DNA of 64,000 nt, from assembly GCA_964658305.1 (NCBI GenBank), contig OZ210885.1:1240001-1304000 (forward strand). The letters run 5' to 3'. The position numbers were made by a program, and so were the translations under genes. Positions 39,770 through 64,000 of the stretch are shown here, in pieces; the stretch's first letter is position 1; every line of letters starts with the position of its first letter. Source of the DNA: Leptogorgia sarmentosa. Lineage: Eukaryota. The notes below the pieces were generated by a model that saw nothing but the letters and a program-made list of their open reading frames with translations, did not search any database and was not told the origin of the DNA.

Positions 39770-40945
39770 TTATTTTGTACAATAGCTATAGTACTTGTAT
39801 TCTATAATTTTATTACTCACAAAATCATTGTAATTGTACAGCCGGTTTACTGAACCTGGGTACACCGCAAGGGCCGCGGAACAGGGGAGGGGGGGCACTG
39901 GGGCACGGTGCCGCCCCTCACTTTTTGAAAACGAGAAAATGTGCCCTTTTTTCGATTAGATTTGTGCCCTTTTTGTATATATAGGGCCTTTTGTGTCATA
40001 TAGTGTGCGCTTGATATAATGATGCAATTAATCATTAATGTCACTATTTTACGGCATTGGGGGCAAGTGCCCCCGCCCAATTTTGGACAAAGGGCGAATG
40101 TGCCCTTTTTTTGAGAGGAAAGTGCCCTTTTTCGTCCGTGCCCTTTTTTTATTGTGCCCCCCCCCCCCCACTTTTGAGGTGCTTCCGCGGCCCCTGGTAC
40201 ACCGATAATTCTGATATGTCTTTCCATATTTTTTCACATTCATACGTCAAAATAGGTACGTGGTATATACATGTGGCTAGTCTTGTGATTGCCACAAAAA
40301 TTGCGAACGATCGTTGTGCTTCAGCGCCAAAGAAAAATAAAAATAGGCTGTCCTGGTATCGCGTAAATTTTCGTTTCACTATTTCGGAAAAAAGAAATTA
40401 CAATGTTTGTGTCAAAGCGGTGTGCCATCAATGTTATTTGCAGCGTTTTGCATTGTACTCTAGGCATGATGATTTATTTGATAACTTAAACGACTCGTAC
40501 ATTATCGATTATCAGTTTTGATCTGTTCTCACTCCTCTTGAGAAACCATATTCAACTTTTGGTTGCTTCGATTACAGTACTGTCAGTAATAACTGTGAAA
40601 AAAAGTGTTCCAACAAATACAGTTGACGGTGTTTCTTTATACAATTCTGATTTTAATTTATCTAAACAGGAAACAGTACACTCAAGAAACATGTTTCTCA
40701 CAAGCATATCCAAACAATTGTTATTAATAAGTATATAATTATAGAGTAACACATTGTGCAGGCTTGATAACTCCTTTAGAAAGTTAAAAGAAGTAACAAT
40801 TGTAACTTCCTGTTTAGTATGATATACTGCATGTATCGATTTAATAAATATTGTCCATTTATAAAAATTATGCAGAACGGTTGACCAAGTCTGTGTCTTA
40901 GTACTGTAACTTTATTATGCGAATATAATTAAAAATAAAACGAGA
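39770..40945 (+). repeat. Direct repeat copy 1 (downstream of the AlbA_2-HATPase gene)
   Basis: Colinear with ~47805-49400, e.g. ACAGCCGGTTTACTGAAC, TTCACATTCATACGTCAAAATAGGTAC, GCTAGTCTTGTGATTGCCACAAAAATTGCGAACGAT, TATCAGTTTTGATCT, CTTTAGAAAGTTA. Confidence 0.8.
39868..40196. mobile_element. hAT-type MITE with 8-bp TSD GTACACCG
   Basis: GTACACCG|CAAGGGCCGCGGAA...TTCCGCGGCCCCTG|GTACACCG. The empty site GTATACCG is at 47889-47896 in the paralogous repeat. Confidence 0.9.
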
Positions 40946-41900
40946 ATACCTACAAATGCCTCACTGAAATCCCCAAAAAAGTAATAAAGAATCACATACC
41001 ACGTGTTGACAGAGTGAATGACGTCTTCCGACTGTCGTATTGGAGATCACCGTTTGATTAGACCGATCGTCCTAGCGTGTCGGCTATCGTCGACGGAAAG
41101 ATTTAGCTTTGGTTTTTTCATAGTTTCTACCCGCTGACCGAGGCTGGCGGAATAATATTAATTCATTGCGAAACAAAGTACACATGCCAACACTCAGTAA
41201 TATTATTACTTTTAGAGGTGCAATTTAGTGCAATTTTGTGTCATCACAGTGCAATTTTCTGTTATCACTTTGAACCAATCAAATTAGAGCTCAAGCTACA
41301 GATTGCTTCCAAACAAAACAAACATGGCGGCCGCGCTAAGCTGAGCAAAGGAAAAAAATGTCCTCGGGTCGAAACAAGACTAACAAAAGTTACGCGCTTG
41401 AGTGAAATCTGCCAGGGGAAAAATTGCGCTCTGAGACGTAGGTTAACACTCTCTAGAATACTTTTATGCAAACTATTAACAAGTAATAGTATGGTTACTC
41501 GTGCAATTTGGATAACATACACTCATGAGTTTTCCAAAGACCTCAAATGCACGCGTCGTGCATTTTAATTCCAAATGGCACTCGACACCATGCTATTACC
41601 TATATTAACCCAGCATACATAACACAGTCAGGGGAATTTTTATCAGTTATATACCTGCCACGAAAGGTATTCGAGAAAAAATTACCCTGAGGGATATTTC
41701 ATCCCGAAGGGTAATTTTTCTCGAAATCCCCGAGATACAGGAATGTAACTGATATATTATACCGAACAAAAATACAAAAACTTAACATCCTCCTCCCCTA
41801 CAGCTTCCGCCATCTTTAATTTATGCGAGCAATAACTCAATAACGATCGGGATATTTCAAAGTCGAATACCATGCCCCGGAGAAAAACGAAGGGTATAAA

Positions 41901-42204
41901 CAGTGGCGTAACGGAGGGGTGTCAGGGTCCCCGAACTTTAGGGGTCCCCGACAAAATGAACATAAAAAAGTGATAGCACATTTCTGGGGAATTCAAATAC
42001 GAAAAACAGACAGATAGGCAGGTTTGGAAGAGAGAAGCGAAATTCATTAAATTCAAATTGGGGTTCTAGTCTATTCTGTAACAAAGTGAGGTTTGCCGTT
42101 GTGTAGACATAAGTGGTAAATTCAGCCTATTAATTAGTGGAGCAAAGGGGGGCCCCAAAGTGGTCGACTGTCGGAGGGCCCCCAGAGGTTGCGTTACGCC
42201 ACTG
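41901..42204. mobile_element. hAT-type MITE with 8-bp TSD GGTATAAA
   Basis: GGTATAAA|CAGTGGCGTAACG...CGTTACGCCACTG|GGTATAAA. Confidence 0.88.
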
Positions 42205-42698
42205 GGTATAAAGTTCCCATTGTTAGCCACAGATGTTCCTTTAATTGACAAATGAATGTATATGTTATGATATCGTCCGTTTCTAAAACTGGAACCCACT
42301 TTCATGTTCTTATCATAAGAACATTTTGAAGACAATGACTTTATTTTCTGAATGATTTACGTGGCCCGAAAGCTGCATTAATAGGGCGCCTTCAGCTAAG
42401 AAATTGTTTTACATTATGTACATGGAAATATATTTACAAGAATATTGTCATGATAAAATTCAAAGCAATCATAATTTATCGCAAAATTGTTACATGAGTC
42501 CTATGAATATTTGATAAAAATTGGCGCGCTAGATAAAAATTGATTGACATTGGAAAATATATATTCTTGGGACTGTCTCGTAATATTGGGGCTGCTCGGT
42601 CTTGGAACTTTCAATGTTTTGAAAACACTATAGTCAGCTAGTGGCAATTAATATCCACAAGTTGTAAATTATAATTCCAGTTTGTTTCGTTCGAAATA

Positions 42699-45600
42699 TT
42701 AATCATATTTTTTTATGTAAATTTTTGGATCAGCTTTTTTTGCTTCCGAAAAACAGTCCTCAAAATCGGTTTTTCTTGCTCGCCTAATAGAATACAAGTG
42801 ACGCAACACATAACCCAGCTGCCTTTGTTGTTCAGCGAACAGTTTTGGATTTTCCTTTCCAGAGGACATTGTAACGACATTTTGTAGAAGATCGCGGGCA
42901 TCGGAAAGGTACTTCAATAGAGGCGCGTTCCCTCGTACAATGGCACGTTTATTCTTTTTATGTGTCTTTATTTTATAAATCTGATACTTAATACAAGCGA
43001 AATGAAAGGCTAAAATACCGTGTTGCGACCACATGAACGGACCATACGCTTCAAGCAGCTGGTGTGCTGCCTGGTTTGATTCCAAGATAAGCTTTCGCTC
43101 ATCAACCGTTCGTTCAGTATACAACTCACACACAAAATCAGTTAGCCCCGACAAATCTTCTGCATCTGCATCAACTTTGACCAACTTCTGAACCAACGAA
43201 ACCATTGCGGTAATGTTCTCCCTAGCGCGCTTCTTGTTAGTCAGCCAACTTTTGAGTTCCTTCAGCAAGGTACAACGTTCCTTTGTTTCCTCTTCAATAT
43301 GGGTTTTGTATTTCTTCAAATTTATGTGATCGCAGTTACCATCCAACAACATGATTAACTTATGTATTAGTTGTTGACTTATGATCGTTGGATCCTCATC
43401 AAAAGCTCTTTGGAGAATTTCACTTGCTTCAAACCGGTTTCCACTCGCTTCCTTTTCTTCGATGTCTTTGAGTAACATGGCTGTTTGAAACTTCGGATGC
43501 GCTGGCAAAGTTACACAAAAGTACGTGGGGTCAAATTGAAACTTAGGAGTTGGATTATCATTGTTTTTCATTGTTCGAAATATTGTTTTGACGCCAGTCC
43601 CACGAGCTTCTGCCAAATTAAGTTGCCTGAGGAGATCACCAATGCGTCGATTTCTTGCTTGAACTGGAGGAATATCAGACCCTCTCGTAAACTCGTCCTG
43701 TCTTAGACTAGGATGAGGCCCTGGGTAACTTATTATCTCCAAACAATGGGGTCGTATATAAACTTTAGTAGAGCTATTATACTCAGGCTCATATCCACGA
43801 TGATAAACTGCATTGACAATTGCTTCTCTAAGTGCTTTATGAGGGTAAGTAACTAAGCTTGCGGACTTCATTTTATTGGTCGTGGTGTAAACGTATTTCA
43901 TGCACTCGTTTATTTGATTCTGTAATGGACCAGTAAACTCCTTTTCACTCCCGACTATTATTTCACCGTCTCTGGTAAACTGAGTAACTTCGATTAATGC
44001 TCCCGGAAAATACTTGTGTGGAAAATGATTGAACATCAGAAGAGCAATGTTCTTTGGAGTATAAACAGGTTTTAGGCATCCTTTGACTTCTTCGTCACCA
44101 CTCTTCACCACAAGATTCAACTTTTCAAGAATTTTGCGATCTGTTGTTTTCTCCAAGTTACTATCAACGTCATTTAGGAATGCCATTACAAGTCTATACC
44201 CAATACAATCCTGATCAATAATTCCTCCAGACACTATACAATGCATAATATAAAATGTTGAATGTTTAGACAAGGGATTTTGTCGTGCAACCAGGGCGGA
44301 ATCAGAGAGGTAAATAGGTGGAAGTATATTCATACAGTATATTCGTGTTCTGCATGTCTAGTGGATTTGTTTTGTTTTTAAGTTGTATCGCAAATGAAAT
44401 TCATCGGTTAAAACACGAATATATGAACATTCATATACCGCCTCTAGTTTCGCCCCTGCGTACTAGTAGAATATCATATAAAACAGAAGGTGCATGGTAC
44501 TACCACAGACAATTAATGGAATAGAAACGCAGGCTGAAACTGCACGACATCCGCGATATAGGCTACTGAACTCTGTAACTTCTCATTAAATCAATTCAGG
44601 AACGGATTTCCTATCAACATCAGACCACAACAGAAATGAGTGTGCAACTATGTATCAACACACGACACAGACACAAAAGCGTAGACCTTGTACATCACGA
44701 AAGTTTTGCCTTATATCCATGTGTACACCTACAAGTCACAAAGAAAAGCTTTGTGAGCAAAAATTTGAAAAATATAGTTAGCCAATCACAGTGCTTTTCG
44801 CCAATCACAAAGCTTTTCCCTTGTGAAGTCAGGCAGGTTTTGAGCATCCTGAGAGGTGTTCGCCTTTTGAGCCCAAAGACATTCGTGTTTTCTCAACATT
44901 TTCATATTTGCCATGGTTTTAAACAGAAAAAAATATTGGTTTTCAATGAATGTTCAATGTCTTTGCAAGTTTTTGTGTTTAAAAAAAAAGGAGTATTTTC
45001 AAGTGTAGGCATGCATAGTTCGCATCGGTGAAATGACGACCGCCTGCGTTGTTATACCAGTCGTACAGACAACGTTAATATTTCATGCATTAATACTGTA
45101 AAAGTACGATAAAACAGCCGCTCATCGGGCAACTTGTGTTACAATATACTGCCGAAAAAAAATTAATTTAAATTATATAGCTAATCTGCAGCTGCATGCT
45201 TCTTCTCTATTTACATGTAGCTACATATTAGGCCAACGTTATTATACTTTTGTGGGCCCACATGGTTTACTTCTAACGGATATCGAAAAATCCGAAAAGC
45301 GCCTTTATCTCATATTGTCATGTTTTTATACCAGAACTGAGTCATATCGTTCAAGTGTTGCTTTAAACCATAGGCATAGCTGCAGAAATGAAATAGATGG
45401 AAAAGGCTCAAAGTTTGAATTTTTTTCTGAAATTTGAAACAGTTTAGTGTGGTAATAGCTAACAAGTTTATCTTCACATGTTATCCAGATTCCAGCCTCA
45501 GTAAAAATGAAAATTAAGAACAGTTATTTGTGCTTCAACCATGCACATTGCAGCAGTGATGATTTACTGAATTTCACCTCCGACACTTGCGCAGCAATAC

Positions 45601-47532
45601 TATGAGAGGGAAATTCCAGTTCACAGTGAGTGAGGCCATTGCACATTTATTGGGAAAAGGCTTCATGGAACACAGTTATCTTATCGTTATCTGATCGGAT
45701 CACAGTTAAATTCACTTGTTTTGCTATTTACAATCTATTGAAGATTATTATAATAGTATAATAGCATAATAATAGTATAATATTGTATATTATATAATAC
45801 CTCCATACATTCAGGTCGTTTGATTGGTTAATTATGGTCACGTGATATTGAATAGAAAGTTCCATTTCCCAAGAGTGCAATAGTATGAATAGTGGCAATA
45901 ACACTCTCCAGACCAGAAATATAGTGTGTACAAAACCGGAAGTGAAGCACATGTTTTTTGGGACTTCGGGATAGAGTAAGTTGTGTGAGAAGTAATGTAG
46001 TCATTTTAGTAATTTTTTATATTGGTTTCAATATAAAATTTAAAACTGAAGAGGTGGAGTGCTGATTTCCGTGTATATACCGTATATAACTTCCATTCTT
46101 CAGAAAATCCTTGAAAATTATTAAAGTTTTTGTAAAATTATTATGATTTATTTAGTTATAGCAAACTACTAAAGCCATGAGTGCTGCTGGAAACACAGCA
46201 AAAAATTAAAATAAAAAATTGTGGAGGCAAATGCAGAGCATGCTGCAGGTAATGGGCATGTCTGAGTACCTAATGTGCATGTTTGAGGTGCCATTATAAA
46301 ACAGTAAAACTTCAAAGAAATGATTTTGTCAGTTTCTTCACAAAAAACTGTACTCATAATTTTGGCACCTACTGTACATCAAGTATTATTGAAGGAAATT
46401 TGAGAAATCAAGCGGGCAAAGTCAGTGAACTGAGCACTGTGCTCTTAGTACAGCTTGTGGCCATAAGACTGCAACAATTACACCACTCTAATATGTTTAT
46501 CTATAATTGATAATCAGCTTGTCAGCTACCAGCTCATATTTAACCAAAAATAATGACATAATATTAAATTAATTTCTTTAATCTGGACATAGCAATCCCA
46601 GAGAGGCCTAACCGAAGGAAGGGAAAATTTTATGAGACGTAACCAGATTCATGATTGTTGTGGTATTTTCAATGGTAAGGCATTACACCAAAGTTTTGGT
46701 TGATCTTAATTCTATGCTATCACAGCATCAGTATCAATGATTAGCTATTCATGTGCAAAGCAAATCTACAATAAATCATTAATAATTGTAACAAACTAAT
46801 CAACATTTAATAATACAGGAATCATGTGTATCTTTATAAACTTATAGTACATTGCATCTTATGACAGCACACTCTAAGCATTTTGACACTGTTCAGACAG
46901 TTTAGTGTTTTTAACTGGTTCACAACAACCGAACAACACATACCTGATTTGGCCATTCGATCATCAAATGGGATCTTATTCGAGCTTTCAAACAAAGACT
47001 TCATTTCTTTTTCACTGGCTTTCGTTGTCTCTGGCCCTTTACGAATATAGTAATGATAATCGCCGTCCTTGGATGTTCTAGCTTTATGTGGTCGATCATC
47101 GCTGGCTTGAGCCCATATCACTAAAACGTGCTTATCTTCAAGAACCTCAGGTGACAATATTGGCGAATATGACGGCGAAATATGGCTTTTGCAATGACCT
47201 AAAATTTCCTTCTGGATACGTTCAAGATCATTTGCCTTGATACCACAAGGAGGCAGCACGATTTGTTCATCAGCTTCTGAACTTTTATTCTCCGCAACCC
47301 CAATCACTATATAACCGCCATTATCATTATAATAGTCGTTAGCAAATGCGCTGATGGTCTTGATAATCTGATACTTTGCTGGACCATTGTTCCATGACTG
47401 CTTAAACTCCAGCCTTTGCTTTTCAACGCTTCGACAATTTACGAGGTCTTCAATTTTTACCAGTAAGTTTGAAGTGACATTAGCGCTACAAGATGGCCCT
47501 TCAGGGCCACTTACTTCTGGACACTCGGCCAT
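42699..47532 (-). CDS. Two-exon gene, ~707 aa: Schlafen/AlbA_2 domain + HATPase_c_4 (RecG C-terminal-like GHKL) domain + helical/TPR-like C-terminus
   Basis: Exon 1 47532-46944 (donor CAG|GTATGT, phase 1) has EKQRLEFKQSW, TISAFANDY...GGYIVIGVAE, YYIRKGPETTKA and IPFDDR. Exon 2 44233-42699 (acceptor TATAG|TG) has PKNIALLMF, YPHKALREAIVNAVYHRGY, ISYPGP, ARNRRIGDLLRQLNLAEARGTG and FCVTLP. 589+1535 nt = 708 codons with no internal stop. Confidence 0.85.
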
Positions 47533-47804
47533 TAGCCATTCAAGTTTGACTGTATTGTTCTATCGAACATCGACTCTAATATTTCGACTCTATGTCTTTG
47601 TGATATGAAAAGAATACCAGTAATTTGTCTTCGGAGCGTACTCGGCAACCGTCGTTAATGTGAAAACACAGCTAACCCAAACGGTTTATACAGGGCCCCA
47701 AACTCCCGATTCGATTTTTTTGTAACATGAATAAAATGACAAAATCCGATACGTGCGACATAAGATCCGATATATTTAAAAATCAAAACGCAATACAACT
47801 ATTA

Positions 47805-49400
47805 TTTATTTTGTATAATATCTACCTGCAGTTGTATTATATAGTTATATTACTAAAACACATTTTACAGCCGGTTTACTGAACTTGGGTATACCGAAAA
47901 TTCTGATAGGTCTTCATTTTTTTTTTCACATTCATACGTCAAAATAGGTACTACGTGGTATATACATGTGGCTAGTCTTGTGATTGCCACAAAAATTGCG
48001 AACGATATCGTTGTGCTTCAGTGCCGAAGAAAAATAAAAATAGGCTGTCCTGGTATCGCGTAAATTTCGTCTGACTAATAAGGGCACAAAGAAATTTTTA
48101 CCAGGTAACTGCTAGTACTGTTCATGGCTAGAAAAATGTTCGTACAATACGAAATAACGACGGTACAAAGTGAGCAAGAAACGACACACTAAAAATCAAA
48201 ATGTATTTAGGATTATTCCTGCAAAAATCACAATGTTTGTGTCGAAGATACTGTGGTGTCTCACTGTTTTGTGCAGCGTTTTGTACTCTTTGCATGCATG
48301 ATGAGATTTATTTCATAACTTCAACGAGTCGTACGTACATTATCAGTTTTGATCTAGCTGTTCACAAAATCATTTTTAATGTCTTTTGAATTCATTTTAT
48401 TTTTTACAATTATCACTACACGTGAATATTGTTATGATTGCCACAAAACTTGCGAATGATATCTTCAGTGCCAAAATTAAAACAAAATTAGACCTGGCAT
48501 CGCGTCAAATTAAACCAGGGCCGGTTGTACGAAAGGCGTTTAGCTTAAACGGTGGATAAGTAAAAAATATCAAACAAGTTTATAAACTATAGACTATAAG
48601 GAAACTAAACTTTTCTGTCTAAACATGAAAACTATGTTTAGAACGATAGATTTAGTTTATAAAATTTAGGTTCAATTATTTACAAAACGAATAGGAGTGT
48701 TTTTAAAATTTTGCTTATCCACCGTTTTAGCTAAACGCCTTTGATACAACCGGCCCGTACTGTGGGTAGAAAATTTCCGTCCAATACCACATATGTTAAC
48801 AACAGTACAAAGATGCAAGAAACATTAAGATATACTTGAAAAATGAAAATGCGGTCAGGATCATTCCGCGACAAATTTAGAATTAGAATGTTTGTGTCCA
48901 AGATCCTGCGGTCTGTCATCGTTGCATATATTGAATTCAACGTTTTGCATGATGATTTATTTTTATAACTTCAACGAGGTGCACATTAGCTATCAGTTTT
49001 GATCTGAACATTTGTACATGTCCTCACTCCACTGAGGCTACAAACCCTAAACAACTACAGAACAGTTGTACTGTTAATAACAGTAGATAATACTGATCTT
49101 ACCCAAACAGTAGCTAAATTAAATAAACAGTAAACTTTTTAGTAGCTAACATCTTCTGCAAAAACATATAAAAACACGCATGCGCATTATAAAGCAATTA
49201 TAAGTAAAAAACATTGTACAAGTGCCGGTTTGATATTAATTTCTTTAGAAAGTTAGCAACAATTGTAGCTACGTGATCTTCCTATGACAGACAGTATAAA
49301 TTTAAATATACGGCCAGCAGGCGCATGTGCAATATTATGCAAAATATCTTGATATTTGACTTCATCCGTATCCAAACAACATAATTAGAAATAAAACGAT
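47805..49400 (+). repeat. Direct repeat copy 2 (upstream of the AlbA_2-HATPase gene), with an internal partial re-duplication from ~48430
   Basis: Homologous to 39770-40945. The motifs GATTGCCACAAAA.TTGCGAA and TATCAGTTTTGATCT each occur twice within this copy. Confidence 0.75.
48518..48756. mobile_element. GGGCC-terminated MITE (PIF/Harbinger-like)
   Basis: GGGCCGGTTGTACGAAAGGCGTTTAGCTTAAACGGTGGATAAG / CTTATCCACCGTTTTAGCTAAACGCCTTTGATACAACCGGCCC. Relatives at 20187 and ~53930-54150. Confidence 0.8.
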
Positions 49401-51328
49401 TATAATAGCCCCTTCCAAGTTTTTGTCAACATTACTTGAAATTCCTCGCTGAAGCTCAAAATATAAACACCAATCATCCCAAACACCTCTCAAAGACGGT
49501 GGTTTCACGTTCTTCCAAAACAGTGTTTATAATTATTACTTTCTGATATCCATAGATTCTTTTTCATTTCGAATTCTTTCAAATGCTAACAATAATGTGA
49601 AATTATCCAGTTTAATTTCTTTGACATTCATCCTTGAACCACAAGAAACCGAGGAAAACAAAAGCATCTGATATGGGGCTTGATGACAACTATTCGCATT
49701 CTTTTAAACCAATATCGGCATTAAGTGGACTTGTCTTGGAGTGGCGCCGGCAGCTCAAGCACCTTGTCTGCCCGATTAAGTCGTCATATCCGTTTGTAAC
49801 TGCCAAATTTTGAGTCATTGACATCACGGTAAATATACCAATTCAGACAACACGTGCATCTATATCAATTAATTTTATACTAAAATACACCCAATCAAGT
49901 AGATTCATTTGGAATAAAAACATCATTTTGTATAAGACTACATTCAGTTCTTTCCCGTTGTCATCAATGAGAAGTTAGAGAATCTCCTATCATCGGACAA
50001 CATTCAATTTTATCTTCAGTTATTGTAATATGAGGTACATCCCCTCGTCATGCGCTGTACTTTCCAGTCTCTGAGAAGACTCTGAAGGGGGGGGGGGGGG
50101 GGCGGGGGGCGATGTAGAGGGTTGGCGCTTATTTTCTTTTGCTTTTTGTATAAGTGGGGGTTAATTAAAAGGGTGGATGAATAAAGGCTTATAATTTGGG
50201 GCTAAGTAGATGAAATATGAAATACGGAATACGAAATTAATCATCATGTTATGTTCTCGTAAGTTGTTAAATGACATTAAGTATGACTGTATGAGGTAAG
50301 TATGCGAATGAAAACAAGGCTCAAACGATCAATTTCCGACGTTCTAGGGTTTCTGAATTTTCTGTTGGCCTTGGCGCCAACCATGGTGGGGCCCCGTTGG
50401 ACTCTTACATTTCACTCATCCCAGGCTTCCCACGGCCCTGCTCGTTGTTTCTAAGCTAATGCAGTATTGTTGGCAATGTCGTAGGCGTCTATCCCGGCGA
50501 TGTTGTCGTTTACTGTTTCTCGTTGTATTTACCGTACCGTTGCTACTTGACATTCTTCACAAATAAACCAGTAACCTACTTGTGATCTGACAACATGCCT
50601 ACTTAAGTACTTATAGCTTGCACGCAATTTGCTATTATGTAAATTTTTAAAAATCGTTAGACTGTAAAATAAAAACGATCTAGTATATAATATACAGATA
50701 GTGACGAATCGCAGAAGAGTACCAAGCACGTCAAGGCATGCCTCGCATTGAAACCTTGTGATGAGCCATTTGAACATTCAATAGGAGTAGTGGAGTACCA
50801 GTACTCTGACGCCATTCGAAGTTTCAATTGAGAATCTTGCAGTGCTTTTTGACTGATTCAAATCGAGTGAGGTACGTGCATGAACGTCATCTCTAAATGT
50901 TTGTTTATTTTACCGGATTTGTTAAACCCTCATGATGCAGCGTTTTTACACAGTAAGCTGTCGGCAGACCATCATAGCTACATGCTTGTATGGCGGGAAG
51001 TTCTAACTTTTGAACGTCAATCTCTGCTATGCCAGCAAATTAATTATACCTTCACGGCACCATGTACAGCTAGTTTATTCAAAGGGCAACCATGTCTGAA
51101 ATTCCTGATAATGATAAAACATGCATAAAATAATAATAGACCACGGAATTTCCATGCAATATTTTATGAAATCTTTGTGTTCGCTCTTCGTAATGACATT
51201 GCTAGCTGTTTCAGCAAGTACTGTAGCAAGTTGTAGCATGCACATGCATGTGCGTGGACATTTCTCTTCTTTCTCTTTCAGGTAAAGACTGATCAATGTT
51301 TATTCACTTCATCATTCTTCCCTCTAAA

Positions 51329-63690
<12,362 letters not shown>

Positions 63691-64000
63691 GTAAGGCACC
63701 GCTCTAGATAACCTCTGCTTTATTGTAAGGTCAAAAAATTCCATCGAATTTGCTATTTAGTGCAAATTTTGTTCAAATTCGGAAAAAAATTTGGAAAATA
63801 ATGTTTCACCAATACAAGAGAGATTTTGAGAGAGTTTGAATATAGTGCATATATTTGGTTTAAATTACCTTTCATTTACAGAAGGGCACTAGTGGATATT
63901 TCACACATAATTTGGTTCCTAAATTTGCAAAACATTTGTAATGCCGCAAACTGGATTTAATTTATAGCGGATGATGTCATATTTGCACTGGGGATGCAAA

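Noticed and set aside
39847..40521. Several G/K-rich ORFs
   Set aside because: They arise from the low-complexity interior of the hAT MITE.
44234..44333. N-terminus of the 544-aa ORF-track protein (MNILPP...)
   Set aside because: Intronic read-through upstream of the acceptor at 44233. The same applies to ORF-track extensions at 224-267, 2548-2566, 3300-3499 and 46834-46943.
42699..47532. Bacterial contamination
   Set aside because: The gene has a phase-consistent spliceosomal intron and is flanked by repeats and MITEs shared with the rest of the animal sequence.

Overview
AT-rich, intron-containing animal genomic DNA. The gene and repeat content suggest a cnidarian (probably anthozoan); this assignment is inference. 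Three spliced host genes can be assembled by hand from GT-AG sites with consistent phases. (1) A minus-strand gene with an N-terminal HEPN-like (RxxxxH) domain and a death effector domain, running off the left edge. (2) A two-exon minus-strand gene for a ~707-aa Schlafen/AlbA_2 + HATPase_c_4-type protein with a helical C-terminus. This is a typically prokaryotic architecture, here carrying a spliceosomal intron and bracketed by ~1.2-1.6 kb degenerate direct repeats. (3) A plus-strand receptor tyrosine kinase (signal peptide-Ig-VWA-FN3-TM-kinase) running off the right edge. The ~37 kb between genes 1 and 2 is TE-dense. It holds a head-to-head inverted pair of 5'-truncated Penelope-like (Naiad-type) retroelements in (TA)n, each ending in a minimal hammerhead ribozyme. 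It also holds an internally deleted MULE-like element with a 10-bp TSD and a tandem array of Helentron-associated (HINE/DINE-1-like) elements. MITEs and fold-backs are scattered across the whole window.
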